Origin: Mobula hypostoma
Taxonomy: Eukaryota
Direction: 5' to 3'
DNA: 64,000 bases
Assembly (NCBI RefSeq): GCF_963921235.1
Contig: NC_086097.1
Span: forward strand, 73,472,001 to 73,536,000
Part shown: positions 38,085 through 51,309 of the stretch, one piece after another
Layout: every line of letters begins with the position of its first letter
Position numbering within the stretch: the stretch's first letter is position 1
Translations under genes and position numbers: made by a program
Notes under the pieces: generated by a model
Told to the model about the DNA's origin: nothing
Seen by the model: only the letters and a program-made list of their open reading frames with translations
Databases searched by the model: none

Positions 38085-38585
38085 AAGTGCTAGGCAAACT
38101 CAAAGGTCTTAAAGTGGATAAGTCACCTGGACCAGATGGACTACATCCCAGAGTCCTGAGAGACATTGCTGAAGAGATAACAGATACATTGGTCATGATC
38201 TTTCAAGAATCACTTGATCTGGCATGGTTGAAAATCTGGACGATTGAAAATGTTACTCCACACTTTAAGAAGGGAGAAAGGCAAAATGAAGGGAATTATA
38301 AACCAGTGAGCTTAATCTCAGTGGCTGGGAAAGTGTTGGAGTCTATTATTAAGGGCAAGGTTTTGGGTTACTTGGAGAGTAATGATAAAATAAGTTAAAG
38401 TCAGCATGGTTTCTGTAAAGGGAATTTGTTACTGACAAATCTGTTAGAGTTCTTCGAGGAAGTAACAAACAGGGTGGACAAAGGAGAGGCAGTAGGTACC
38501 ATTTACTTGGATTTTCAGAAGGCATTTGATAAGGTGCCACACATGAGACTGCTTAACAAGATAAAATCCTGTGGCATTACAGGCT
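38085..38585 (+). mobile_element. CR1 RT fragment
   Basis: KSPGPDGLHPRVL, YLDFQKAFDKVPH. Confidence 0.9.
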
Positions 38586-39789
38586 TAATGAAAAGAAATG
38601 GGGTGTTAGCAATCTGGCCATTGTGTGAATGGGCCAGATTTGGGTGGAGGTAAAGGGTGCTGCACCTTCTTGAATCATTTAGTTGATTGCAGAATTTGAG
38701 CTTAAGAAATTAGAGCCAAAGGTATAACAAGTGCAAGCAGGATGGTAATTGAGACAATGGAATGCTCCTCCTGCGAGATGTGGGATTGCAGGATACCTAA
38801 CAGTTTCCCTGATGATGATATGTGCAAGTGCACCCAACTTCAGCTCAAGTGACAAGGTCAAGGAACTGGAGCTAGATGTGGATGTACTCAGGACCATCCA
38901 GGAGGCTGAAAAGCTCAAAGACGTGACTTTTACCGATGTGGTCAAATCCCGAGCACAGGCTTCAGAAAGTAGATGGGTAACCACTTGGAGGAGTAAGGGG
39001 AGTAAATAGGCAGCGCGGGGTTCCCCTGTGACCATTGCTCTCAGTAACAAGTATACCCCTTCAGATACTGCTGGCCGGGGCGGGGGGGACAGGTGACCTA
39101 TCAGAGCACAGTAGCAGCAGCAGCCACTGCCAGACCCGTGACCCTGTGGCTTGTTCCAAGGCTCAGCAAGGAAGGGTAAAGTCAGGCAGAGCGATAGTGA
39201 TATGAGACTCGAGTGTTAGGGGGACAGGCAAGATATTCCGTGGCTGCGAAGATGACACCAGGGTGGTTTGTCACCTCCTGGCAGCTAGGATTCAGGATGT
39301 TTCAGAGCGGCGACAGAATATTCACAAGACAGAGGGTGAGCAGCACAAAGGCATGGGTAGAAAGCGGGAAGAGGTCCTGTACAGGGAGTTAGGAAAGAGA
39401 CTGAAGAGCGGGACCTCTAAGGTAGTAATCTCTAAATTACTCCCAGTGCCATATGCTAGTTAAGGTCAGGAATAGGCTGACAGTACGGATGAATGAGTGG
39501 CTGAGGAACTGGTGCAAGGAGAAAGGGTTTCAGATTCTTGGATCATTGGAACTGGTTCTGGGGCCGGGGTGACCTGTACAAGAAGGTCAGGAGGGGAGCC
39601 AATATTCTGGCAGGGAAGTTCAGCAGTGCTACTAGGGAGTGTTTAAATTAGTCTGGCAGAGGATGGGATCCAGAGCATCCGTTCAGAAAGTGGAGGGATG
39701 GTGAGAAATATAGATGTCAGGGTCAGTAAAAACAGGCAGGTGCAAAGTCATAGATATGATGAGACAGATAGTTCGAAGTAGAAGTAACA

Positions 39790-40385
39790 ACATTATTCAT
39801 AGAGCACTTTTCAGTCAGATGATGTAGTTCAAAGTGCTTTACAATGGGACAAAAGTACAAACATGAAAATAAAAGACAAAAGATGTTAGTTAAAAGCAAG
39901 CTTAAATGAACAGGCTTTGAGCTGTCATTTAAAAGTGTCAACCGAGTCTGCATCCCTTATAATTTTAAGTATTGACTTCCTCAGTTTAGGAGTGTAGTTC
40001 ATAAAAGTTGGCCTGCCAATTATCTTTTGTAGCAGATTGTCTAAATTTAAGAGACTGGCAGAAGAAGACCTGAGAGCTTAAGCAGGGTTACAAAGCGAAA
40101 ACGATTCTGTGATGTACTTCAATCACAAACCTATAAGAGCTTCAAAAACAAGCAAAATAACTTTAAAATCAATTCTAAGAGGTACAGGAAGCTAATGCAG
40201 AGTAGCTAGGATGGGAGTGATATGTTCTGTCATCCTGGTTTTGAGTACAAGTCTAGCAGCAGCATTCTGAGTGAGTTGAAGATTTATTTGGAGCGTTTGA
40301 AAAAAGTGCATTGCAGTAATCTAGTCTATTTGATATAAAGGTGTGAATTAGTTTTTCAGCATCGTTGTGTGACAGAAATGAATGT
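39790..40385 (-). mobile_element. L2-like LINE 3' fragment
   Basis: Antisense L2-type 3' stem-loop (tgtaaagcactttgaactac...aaaagtgctctat) and RLDYCN-like region; sister copy at 46755-48005. Confidence 0.7.
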
Positions 40386-40884
40386 GTGCATGTCTGTGTG
40401 TATGCATGCGTGCGTGAGCGTTTATTTAAATACTAGGAGTATTATGGGTAAAGGTGATGAACTTAGAGCATGGATCAGTACATGGAACTATAACGTTGTG
40501 GCCATTACAGAGATCTGGTTGAGAGGGGGATGGGAATAGACACTTAATGTCCCAGGGTTTGATCTTTTAGAAAAGATAGCAGGGAGGTAAAAGAGGTGGG
40601 GGAGGGACAATATCACAGTTGCACTCAGAGGGGACTGAATGCAGTAGGATAAAATTCAGAAACAGGAAGGAAGTAAACTCTGTTGGGATTGTACTACAGA
40701 CACTCCAATAGCCATAACAACATTGAAGATCAGATATGCTGGCAGATTAAGGAAAGGTGTAAAAATAATAGGGTCATTGTCGTGGGGGACTTCAGCAATA
40801 TAAACTGGGACCTTCCGAGTGCAAAATTTGTTAGGTGAATCCAGGAGGGCTTCTTAAATAAATACATAGATTGTTCAACAATAA

Positions 40885-41682
40885 GAGGACCTTGCACTCA
40901 ATGTCAGCAAAACCAAAGAGCTGATTGTGGACTTCAGGAAGGATAAGATGAGGGAACACAAACCAATTCTCAGAGGGATCAGAAGTGGAGAGAGTGAGCA
41001 ATTTCAAGTTCCTGGGTGTCAAATTTCTGAGGACTAACCCTGGATGCAACACATTGCTGCAGCTATAAAGAAGGCAGGACAGTAGCTATATTTCATTTGG
41101 AGTTCAGGAAGATTTGGTTTTGTCAACAAAAATACTCAAACCCCTACAAATGTACCGCGGAGAGCATTCTGACTGGCTGCATCACCATCTGGTATATTGG
41201 GTGGGGGGAGGGGGGGGGCTACCGCACAAGATCAAAATAAGTTGCAGAAACTTGTAAAATTAGTCAGCTCTGTCATGGGTACCAGCCACCATAGTATCCA
41301 AGACATCTTCAACATCTTCAACGAGTGGTGCCTTAGGAAGTTAGAATCCATCATTAAGGATCCCACCAGCCAGGACATGCCCTCTTCACATTGGTACCAT
41401 CAGGAAGGAGTTACAGAATCCTGAAGGCACAAACTCAGTGATTTAGGAACAGCTTCTTCCCCTCTGCCATACGATTTCTAAATGGACGTTGAACTCATGA
41501 ACACTACATTTCTACTTCTTTGTTTCTGTTATTCTGCACTACTTATTTTAACTTAACATTTAACAAACATTTATTTACTTAACATAACTCTATTTTTGGT
41601 TTCTCTATATTTATTAATCATGTATTTCATTGTGTTGCTGCAGTAAAGATAACAAATTTCACAACATATTAAATCTGATCGA
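40885..41682 (+). mobile_element. Rex1/Babar-type LINE fragment
   Basis: LNVSKTKELIVDFRK, VERVSNFKFLGV, ESILTGCITIWY, NSFFPSAIRFLN. Confidence 0.85.
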
Positions 41683-43844
41683 TTCTGAAGAAAAGGAGCT
41701 GTACTGGACCTGGCTTCGGGTACTGAGCTTGGCCAGATGACCAACAATTGGGGAACAATGACCACAACTCCTTAAGTTTTAAGATCACTATAGATAGTAG
41801 GTATGGACCTGCAGGAGAATTTGAAATTGGAACAGGGCAAATTAGCAGAGCATTAGGCAAGAACTAGGAAGAGTTAATTGGGAAGTCCTGTTAGTGGGAA
41901 AGTCCATATCTGATATGTGGAGTGTGTTTAAATACTAACTACACAGAATGCAGGACACGTCTGTTCAAATAAGAAGGAAGGACAAAGATGGCAAAGTAAG
42001 AGAACCTTGGATGTTGAGAGAGGTGATGAATTTAGTCAACAAGAAAAGGGAAGTATGTAAAGGAAGCAAGAAGCCAGAAAATAACTCAAGAATGCAATTT
42101 GGAAACCCAGGAACAGCTACAAAAAGTCCTTGGCAAGTAGCATTAAAGACAATTCCAAAGCATTTTAGGCATACATCAAAAGCGAGGAGGTGGTGTTGGG
42201 TCTCTTGAATAGCAATAAAATGGATAAGTCCCTGAGGCCTGATGGGATATAATCCAGGTCATTAAGAGAGGCAAGAGAAGAGATTACTGGGGCCTTCACC
42301 AATATACTTTTACCCTATCTAGCAACAGGCAATGTCCCTGAGGATTAAAGAGTAGCTAATGTTGTTCCATTATTCAAGAAAGGAATCAGGGATAATCCTG
42401 GAAACTGTAGACCTGTGAGTCTCATATCAGTGGTAGCAAAGTTACAGGAGATAATTTGCAGGGATAGGATTTACGAGCATTTGGAAAACCATGGCCTAAT
42501 TAGGTAGAGCCAGCCTGGCTTTGTGCAGGACATGTCCTGTTTTACTAATTTAAGGCTCAGTTTTTTGAAGAGGTGATGAGGGTGATTGATGAAGGTAGAG
42601 CTATTTATGTTGCTTACATGGATTTAAGTCAGGCATTTGATAAGGTCACTCATGGGAGGCTCATCCAGAAGATAAAGATGCATGGGATCATTGGTGAAAT
42701 GGCAATTTGGATTCAGAACTGCCTTGCCCGTAGATGACAGAGGATGATGGTCAAAGGGATTTATTCTAGATGGACCTCTGTGATTAGTGTTGTTCCACAG
42801 TGATTTGTACTGGGACATCCGATGTTTGTCATGTATATAAATAACCTGGATGCAAATGTCGATGGGTGGGTTTGTAAGCTTGCAGATGAATAAAGATTGG
42901 TAGCGTTCTGTATAGCGCAGAAGACTGGCAAAGAATGCAATGGCATATTGATCAGCTGCAGGTATGGGTGGAGAAATGGCAGGTGGAGTTTAACCTGGCC
43001 AAATGTGAGGTGTTGTACTTTGGTAGGGCAAATACAAACAGACAGTACACTGTTAATGGCAAGATTCTTAACAGTGTTGATGAACAGAGGGACCTTGGCA
43101 TCCAAGTTCATAGCTTCTTGAAAGCAGCCACACAGGTTGATAGGGGGGGGTTTAGAAGGCATATGGCATGCTTGTCTCTATTAGTCAAGGCACTGAGTTC
43201 AAAAGTCATGTTGCAGCTCTGCAGAAATCTTATTAGTCTGTATCTGGCATATTGCATACATTTCTGGTCACCACACTTTTGGAAGGATGTCGAGCCTTTG
43301 GAGAGGGTGCAGAAGAGGTTTACTAGGATGTTGCCTGGAGTAGAGGCCATGTACTATCACAAGAGGTTGGACAAACTTGGGTTGTTTTCTCTGGAGTGGT
43401 AGAAGCTGAGGGGAGATCTGATAGACATTTATAAGGTTATGAGAGGCACAGATAGATTAGACAGACAGTATCTTTTTTCCAAGGGTTGAAATGTCTAATA
43501 CCAGAGGTTGTGCATTGAAGGTGAAAGGGGGTAATTTCAAAGGAGATGTGAGGGGCTATTTTTAAAAACACAGAGTGGTAGGTGCCTGGAATGCTGTCTG
43601 GGGTGGTCGAAGAGGCAGAAATATTAGTCACTTTTAAGAGACATTTAGATAGGCACATAATTGTGAGGAAATTGGAAGGATACAGACATTGGGTAGGAAG
43701 AAAAAATTAATTAAGTTACAAATTGATTACTAATTTAATTGGTTTGGCACAACATTGGGGGCTGTAGGGCCTGTTCCTGTGCTATGATGTTCTATATTCT
43801 ATTAGCCTTTTTTCAGTGGTGGGCATGTTGCTCGCCGCGATTCT

Positions 43845-45750
43845 GAGGGGCAGGATCTGTCAGTATTTGGATATACAAGAACTCGTTGGGGGTAGTTAGC
43901 ACAACTTTGTGCATGTTAGAATGCTTCAAGGAGGTAACCAACACAGTTGATGAGTCAGGGAGGTGGACTTTCGCAAGGCTAAAGGATCCACACAGAACAC
44001 CACTCTGGAAGATGAGATTGCACAGGACCTATGGAGAGCTGGTTCAGTGTCTTGATGGTGGAAAGCAGAGGCTGATGGTGGAAAGTTGTTTCCTGGATTG
44101 GAGGCTAGTTATTTATAATGTGCCATAAAGACTAGTGCTGGGCAAGTTATTGGGTATCATTTATGAAAACCATTTTGATGAGAATGTGCAAGGCATGATT
44201 AGTAAATTTACAGATGACATTAAAATAGATACTACCATAAACAGTAAACTAAGTCATCAAAAACTACAGGAGTTTGGGAGATCAAACCAGGGTAGAGCTT
44301 CCACAATAAGTGATAAGGCCCTGGTGAGTGTTGTGGAATGGACAGACATTGGAGTACAAGTACATATTCCTCTGAATGTGGCATCGCAGGTAGACAGGGA
44401 AGTAAAAAAATGTCTAGGTACACTGCAACACAGGACATCCTCCTGTGGAATGAGGAAAGGCAAATGGTGGATGTGTCTGCCAGACAGCAGTTTGGCTCCA
44501 GTTACCAGAACTCTGTTAGTTTTAAAATAGCAATGCAGAAAGGTACAGCAGATTCACAGGTTAAAGTCCTGAACTAGAATAAAGTTTGGAGTTGTTAGGC
44601 AGGATCTTGCAGCAATTGATTGGACAAGTTTGCTTGCAAGGGAAAGAATGTCTTCCAAGTGGGAGGCCTTTAGAAGTGCGAGGTGAAGATCTCAGCGCCT
44701 ACATATTCCTGTTACGGTGATGGGCAAAGTGAGGCAAAATCCCAAGAGGTTCTATAGGAATATTAAAAGCAAAAGGGTGGTTAGGGAGACAATAGGTCCT
44801 CTTAAAGATCAGCATGGCTGTCTGTGTGTGGAACCAAAGGAAATAAGTAAGGTTTTTAATGAATTTTTCTCTTGTTTTTACTATGGAGAAATGATGGAAG
44901 CTAACAAAATACGGGAAATGAGTGTTTTTGGCTCAGACAAAGCCTTTAATAAGGTCCTTCATGGCAAGCTAGTATGAAAGGTCCAGGAAAAGACGGAATT
45001 GATTTACAATGAGCTCAGTGGTAGGATGCAAGGGATGATGGTTGAGGATTGTCTCTTGGACTGGAGGCCAATGTCTATTGCTATGCCACAAGAATTGGTG
45101 CTGGGCTTCTCTTATTTGTAATTTATATTGAAAATTTGTATGTTAAATATACAAAACATGGTTAGTACTTTGCGGATGATACCAACATAGGTGGGGTTGT
45201 AGATAATGTAGCACATTAAGAAAAATTACAGGGGAATCTTAATCATCTAGGTGTATTGGTGAATGGCTTTCATACCAGAAAAAAATGGTACATATTGCAT
45301 TTTGGGAGGTAGGACTTATACAGTGAAGGGTAGGGCCCTGTGGAGTGTTGAGGTACAGAGAAGCCTAGGAGTGCAAGTGTATAATTCACTGAAGGCAGCA
45401 TCATGGTTAGATAGAGTGATGGAGATGATGTTTGGCACATTGGTTTTCTGCCAGGGCACTGAGTATAGTAGTTGGGGAATTATGTTAGAGTTATGTAAGA
45501 AACTGATGAGGCCACATTTGGAGTAATGTATACAGTTTTGGTCACATTGTTATAGGAAAGATGTTATTAAACTAGAAAAAGAACATAAAAGATTTGCCAG
45601 GATGTTCCCTGGACTCGGGGGTCTGAGATACAAGGAGAGGTTGTGTAGATTGGGACTTCTTTCCTTGGTTTGTATAAGACTAACAGGTGACATGAGTTAT
45701 AGAAGATTATAAGGAATACAGATGGTTTTTTTCCCGGGGATGAGTTGGGC
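43845..45750 (+). mobile_element. Cluster of old CR1 fragments
   Basis: SKFTDDIKI, NPKRFYRNIKSKR, KAFNKVLHGKL, RPHLE motifs in broken frames. Confidence 0.75.
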
Positions 45751-46016
45751 CAAAGGACCCACTTCCACACTGTCTGACTGTATATCACAAAGGAAACTCC
45801 ATAGGTAATCTGCATGTGGTACTTTGTCCAGAAAGGAAATATGACAGTGACAATGATTGAGAAATTAATAGTTATAAAACTTTTCCAACTATCCACCTTC
45901 CAGCTCTACAGAATATTTCCAAATTTATTTTGATCCATTATACTCTCAGGAAATTACATACAATTCCTCAACAGTTAATAATATTTATCCCTAAGCAACC
46001 ATTGTTATATGATTAC

Positions 46017-46074
46017 CTCATATCCTAATTTCTTCAGAAACATTGTCATGATTGAAGGCCTTTCTCCACAATAC
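46017..46074 (-). CDS. Internal exon (58 nt) of the SAM-domain gene
   Basis: ttttgtttgttttcag acceptor, GAG|gtaatc donor; phase 2 to 0; YCGERPSIMTMFLKKLGYE supplies SAM helix 1. Confidence 0.85.
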
Positions 46075-46293
46075 CTGAAAACAAACAAAATCGTAATCAT
46101 AAAAACATGTTGAATCAGGTAAAGGGCAAAGCTGTAGACTTTTTAAAAAGCATATATTAATAATACTGCTCAATGAACAATTCTAATTTAAATACACATT
46201 TTTATTAGCATGGGGTAAACTATGTGTACAGTCAGATTTCTATGTATTAAGTCAACTTGGTATACTGTATCCATAACAATTTCATTCATAAAC

Positions 46294-46371
46294 CTTGAAC
46301 AGTGGACACCTAGTGTATTTTTATTGACAATAATTGCATCTTGGTATAAAAACAGAAAATCCTCAAATAAT
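46294..46371 (-). CDS. Internal exon (78 nt) of the SAM-domain gene
   Basis: tttgtttcattctgctcag acceptor, AAG|gtttat donor; phase 2 to 2; LFEDFLFLYQDAIIVNKNTLGVHCS(R) joins the next exon in frame. Confidence 0.7.
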
Positions 46372-46754
46372 CTGAGCAGAATGAAACAAAGTTTACATTT
46401 CAGGCCGTCCATATTCTTCATGTTCAGCAGTTGTAATCCATTTTCTTAGAGAACAGTTGTTAAGATTGTTCTCTAACGAAAAGAATTAGCAGAATTAACA
46501 TTAGTGTTTGGACCAATATTTATTCCTCAATTCCCATCACTAACTTATCACTTTCAGATAATACGTATAAGCTGCTTCTGGACTAAAAGGGTCATCAGTG
46601 ATTACAATTCAAGAGATTTGTATTTTGTTAAAGACATGAAATGCATTTACATAAATGCAAGTCTTTTTCTGAATCAAGGTCATCAACACAAATTATTAAT
46701 TATGTCTCCCGCCCTAGAGATGCTATCTGATATATTTCTATATTAAAACAATGT

Positions 46755-48005
46755 TACAGAGCACTTTTCATACCAATGATGTCACTCAAAGTGCTTCACA
46801 ATGGGATAAAAGTACAAACATAAAAATAAAATAAAAAATAAAAATAAACATGAAAATAAAAGATAAAAAGATGTTAGTTAAATGCAAGGTTAAATAAATA
46901 GGTTTTTGAGCTGGTGTTTAAAAGTGTCAGCTGAGTCTGCATCCCCTATGGTTTTAGGTTTTGAATTCCACAGTTTAGGAGCTTAGTTTAAGAAGACTGC
47001 CCTGCCGATTATCTTTTGAGGGAGATCGTTTAAATTTTAAGAGAGTGTTGAAAGATGACCCAAGTACTCAAGCAAGATTATAAAACAAAAACAATTATTT
47101 GATGCTCCTGTCCCAGACTATTAAGAGTTTTAAAAACAAGTAATATAACTTTAAACTGGCAGCAGTCTGAGGGTAGCAGACACCAACAGAATCAACAAAC
47201 TCATTTGTAAGGCCAGTGATGTTGTGGGGATGGAACTGGATTCTCTGACGGTGGTGTCTGAAAAGAGGATGCTGTCTAAGCTGCATGCCATCTTGGACAA
47301 TGTCTCCCATCCACTACATAATGTACTGGGTGGGCACAGGAGTACATTCAGCCAGAGACTCATTCCACCGAGGTGCAACACAGAGCGTCATAGGAAGTCA
47401 TTCCTGCCTGTGGCCATCAAACTTTACAACTCCTCCCTTGGAGGGTCGGACACCCTGAGCCAGTAGGCTGGTCCTGGACTTATTTCCTGGCATAATTTAC
47501 ATATTACTATTTAACTACTTATGGTTTTTATTACTATTTATTATTTATGGTGCAACTGTAATGAAAACCAATTTCCCCCTGGATCAATAAAGTATGACTA
47601 TGACTATAAAGATACAGGAAGCCAATGCAGGGTTATCTAGGGTGGGAGTGATACGTTCCTTCATTCTGGAGCAGCAGCAACATTCTGAATGAGTTGAAGT
47701 TTGTCAATAGATTGCTTTGAAAAGACAGTCAGAAGTGCTTTGCAGTAACCTACTCTATTCAATATGAAGGTGTGAATTATTTTTCAGCATCATTACATAA
47801 CAGAAACGAACATACTTTTGCAATATTTTTAAGTGTAAAAATGCTCTTCTGGTCACTTTATGTGGGATTTAAAATTCAAATCTAAATCAAGGATAACACC
47901 CAGGGTAACTACTTCTAATTTTACAAAGGGAACCAAGTCCCCAAGTTTATCAAGAAGTTTATCTCTTTTGGCTTTGGGACCAACCAAAAGAATTTCATTT
48001 TCTAT
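46755..48005 (-). mobile_element. L2-like LINE 3' fragment interrupted by a Rex/Babar insert
   Basis: Co-linear with 39790-40385 on both sides of 47155-47607. Confidence 0.75.
47155..47607 (+). mobile_element. Young Rex1/Babar-type 3' fragment
   Basis: ILDNVSHPLH...RCNTERHRKSFLPVAIKLYN; aataaagtatgactatgactat tail. Confidence 0.85.
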
Positions 48006-49630
48006 GATTTTCTGGTTTTATTTCAGATTTTCAGCATCTGCAACATTTTTTTAAAAAATATGTTTTGTTCTCTGGTGACCATCAAATAGAATTCAATTTC
48101 TCTTAAATAATTTAAACCTCCCATGCATTACAGAATTCATTATATGACTAAGCAAGAAGGATAACATTTCAATGTAACTAAGTTCAAATTACAGGATATA
48201 ACTACCACTGATTAACAGCATCATTCTTATTAATAATATAACAAATAGCATTGTCCTTTAGGGAAATTTGAACAGTGATAGCAGATACAAGCAGCTATGA
48301 GCAAAATTAAATTTCAGGAATATCATTGATATTATTGAACTTTATCAATACTACCGACATTAGACATGGTATTAAAACTCATATTCTGCCATCATTAGGT
48401 TGTAAACAATAACCGAACAATGACACACAGAAATTACACACCAAAAGTCAATGCTGGGTCCAATATAAACGATCTAGATTACAATCCAATTGACATGGTT
48501 GGTAAGTTTGTGGATGACACCAGAATTGTTGAAGCGCAATGAAGAATTCAATAGGACCGAGATCAACTGATACAGTAACCCAAGGAGAAAGAAATGAATT
48601 TTGATAAGTTAACCAGGGCAGGACTTACACAGCAATTGGTAAGGCCGAGCGAGTGTTGTCAAGCAACACATCCAGACAGGTTGGTGAAGAAGTTATTTGA
48701 CACACTTCCCATTATTAGTCTGGGCACAGAGTAGAGGATTTGGGACTTTGTGTTACAACAGTACAACTCATTGGTCATACCTACCTGAAGAGTTCCACAT
48801 AGTTCCAGTCACTAAGCTCCAGGAAGGATGTCATTAAGCTGGAAACGGAACATTGTGAGCACCAAGTGGAGCAGATGATGCTGCAAGTGAACCTCTGCCT
48901 CACCTAGGAGGGCTGTTTAGTGGTAAGGGAGGAGGAGAAGACACAGCTGTCACACCTTGCAGTTACAGGGAAAATACCAATGCAAGGAGAGGGGTGGGTA
49001 AAAAAACTGACACATGCAGATGTGTGTCAGAGATCACCAACTACTTTTTCCAGGGATGGCTAATAATATTGCCTCCTTTAAATGAAACCAACAAGCAAAA
49101 ACAGCAGGTGCCTTTTCTCAGAACACAGACTTCCCTATGGTAGAAGGGGCCATTGATTGAATACAAAACATCTTCTAAAAAAATGCACAAAACAACCACA
49201 GCAAAACAAGACCAGTCACTCCTTCCTACACACCCAGCCACACACTCACATACACAGTCCTCTAACCCCAGTAATGGCAATCTTCAGCAGATTTGTTGTT
49301 TCGCAGACACTGGGCCTCAATTTTCCTGGCAGACTCTCAAAATGCTGAAGCAGAATCTGGAATCCTGAAGGCCAAAAATCCAGACAAACGGTACAGAACA
49401 GCTCAAAGATCATCAACAGCTCACAGACCATCAGGCACCACCTGCTGCATCCTCTGGAAGGGTCTGCCAGGCTCACTAGGGGCTCATTAAACACATCAAA
49501 TTAAACAGTGGAAATCAGTCATCTTCAATCCCACAAGACTTTCTAAGAAGATGATGATTCTGACATTGTTGTGTCTGTACAACTATATACCAAATAAATG
49601 AAGGCTTGCACTCGGAGAAGTTAACTGCTA

Positions 49631-50184
49631 CAGTGCCTCTAATAAGTATTCGCCCTCCCCTGGAAGTTTTCATGTTCTATTGTTTTACAACATTGAATCA
49701 CAGTGGATTTAATTTGGCTTTTTTTTGACACTCCAACAGTGCGTTGGAGTGTTTTGTGTCAAAGTGAAAATAGATCCTACAAAGTGATCTAAATTAATTA
49801 CAAATATAAAACAAAACAACTGATTGCATAAGTATTCACCCCCTTTAATATGACACACAAAATCATCACTGGTGCAGCCAAGTGGTTTTAGAAATCACAG
49901 AATTATTTAAATGGAGATCACCTGTGTGCAGTCAAGGTGGTTCAATTGGTGTACAAACTACACCATGAAGACAAAAGAGCACTCCAGGCAAGCCTGCAAA
50001 AAGGTTATTGAAAAGCACAAGTCAGGAGATAGATACAAGAAAATTCCAAGTCACTGATTATCCCTTGGAGTACAGTTAAGTCAAGCATCTAGAAATGGAA
50101 AGAAAAAATGAAAAAAAATTAAATCCACTATGATACAATGTTGCAAAACAATAAAACATGAAAACTTCCAAGGGGGGAGAAATA
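49631..50184 (+). mobile_element. Internally deleted Tc1-like transposon in the Gypsy 3' LTR
   Basis: TA|CAGTG start; transposase N-terminus MKTKEHSRQ...VIEKHKSG; 50110-50184 is the reverse complement of ~49647-49715; the extreme right end is missing. Confidence 0.85.
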
Positions 50185-50615
50185 GATCCTTACATTACAC
50201 TTCCTCCCCCTCTTTAGAGTAATATAACAAACTGTATATGTACAAAACATTCAATTTCCCCTTTAGAAGCCTTATTCAAGTAAACATACTTTCACAATAA
50301 CAGTCCATAACTAACTTCACTAAAGATTCAGTCTTTTGGGTGGCACTCCATTTCTTTCAGGATAGCGCCTTTGGACCTGCGGGGTGGCATCAGGACGGCT
50401 GGTGTCTTGTCAAAGACAACGGTCTCACGTTGCTGTTGGTGACATAATCATCATCACTGAGAGGCAAGTCTGGTGCCTGTAATGTGTCCATCTTGTTGGA
50501 TGCAATCAACTCAAGTGTGTTCTTCAGCTGAACATTCAGTATCTGGTCCACATGACATCTCCATGTATGATCTCCAACATCCACTGTGTACATCAGTGTC
50601 TAGTATACCTGTACA

Positions 50616-51024
50616 CCTCTACTGCCGTGATGAGGCTAAACTCAGGTTGGAGGAGCAACACCTCATATACCGTCTAGGTAGTCTCCAGCCCTTTGGTATG
50701 AACATAGAATTCTCCAACTTCCAGTAATTCCCTCCCCCTCCCTTCCTCTATCCCTATTTCACCCTGCCCCCTCCCCCAGCTGCCTATAACCTACCTCATG
50801 GTTCCGCCTCCTTCTTCTGCTACCCATTGTTTTCCTGCCTATGACGTCGATGCTTCCCCTCCCCCACCCCTTTGTCTTTCAAATTACTGGTCTTTCAACC
50901 GAACCTACAAGTATTCTTCAAATCCTTCCCCCTCCTTCATTCTTGAGTCCTGACAAAGGGTTCCAGCCTGAAACATCGACTCATCGTTTCCACTGATGCT
51001 GCCCGACGTGCTGAGTTCCTCCAA
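50616..51024 (+). mobile_element. Penelope 3' fragment with mutated hammerhead
   Basis: LYCRDEAKLRLEEQHLIYRLGSLQPFGMNIEFSNF*; hammerhead-like motif at 50945-50982. Confidence 0.9.
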
Positions 51025-51309
51025 GTGATACCTGTAACTATCCTACTGGGTGTCCACTTGTCTTCACAGTAATCATGTGCTAGTTCTATTTTAATTTCAT
51101 CAGTCCACAGGACTTGTTTCCAAAATGCATTAGGCTTGTTCAGATGTTCCTTTGAACCTTTCAAATAGAACTTTTTGGCTGCAATCAGCAAAGGTATGTT
51201 TGGAGAAAAAAGGGTGCAGAATTTCATGAAAAGAATCCCTCTCCAACTGTTAAGTACGGGGTAGATCAACCCATGCTTTGGGCTTGTGTTGGCACCAGTG
51301 GCACGGGGA

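Larger units (their letters stand above)
38680..43800 (+). mobile_element. Near full-length degenerate CR1 (ORF1 and ORF2) carrying L2 and Rex/Babar insertions
   Basis: ORF1 Cys/coiled-coil region (VKELELDVDVLRTIQEAE), esterase (VVISKLLPVP), endonuclease remnants at 40420-40860 and 41690-41800, RT and C-terminus (WQVEFNLAKCEV, FWSPH) and 3' UTR. Confidence 0.85.
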
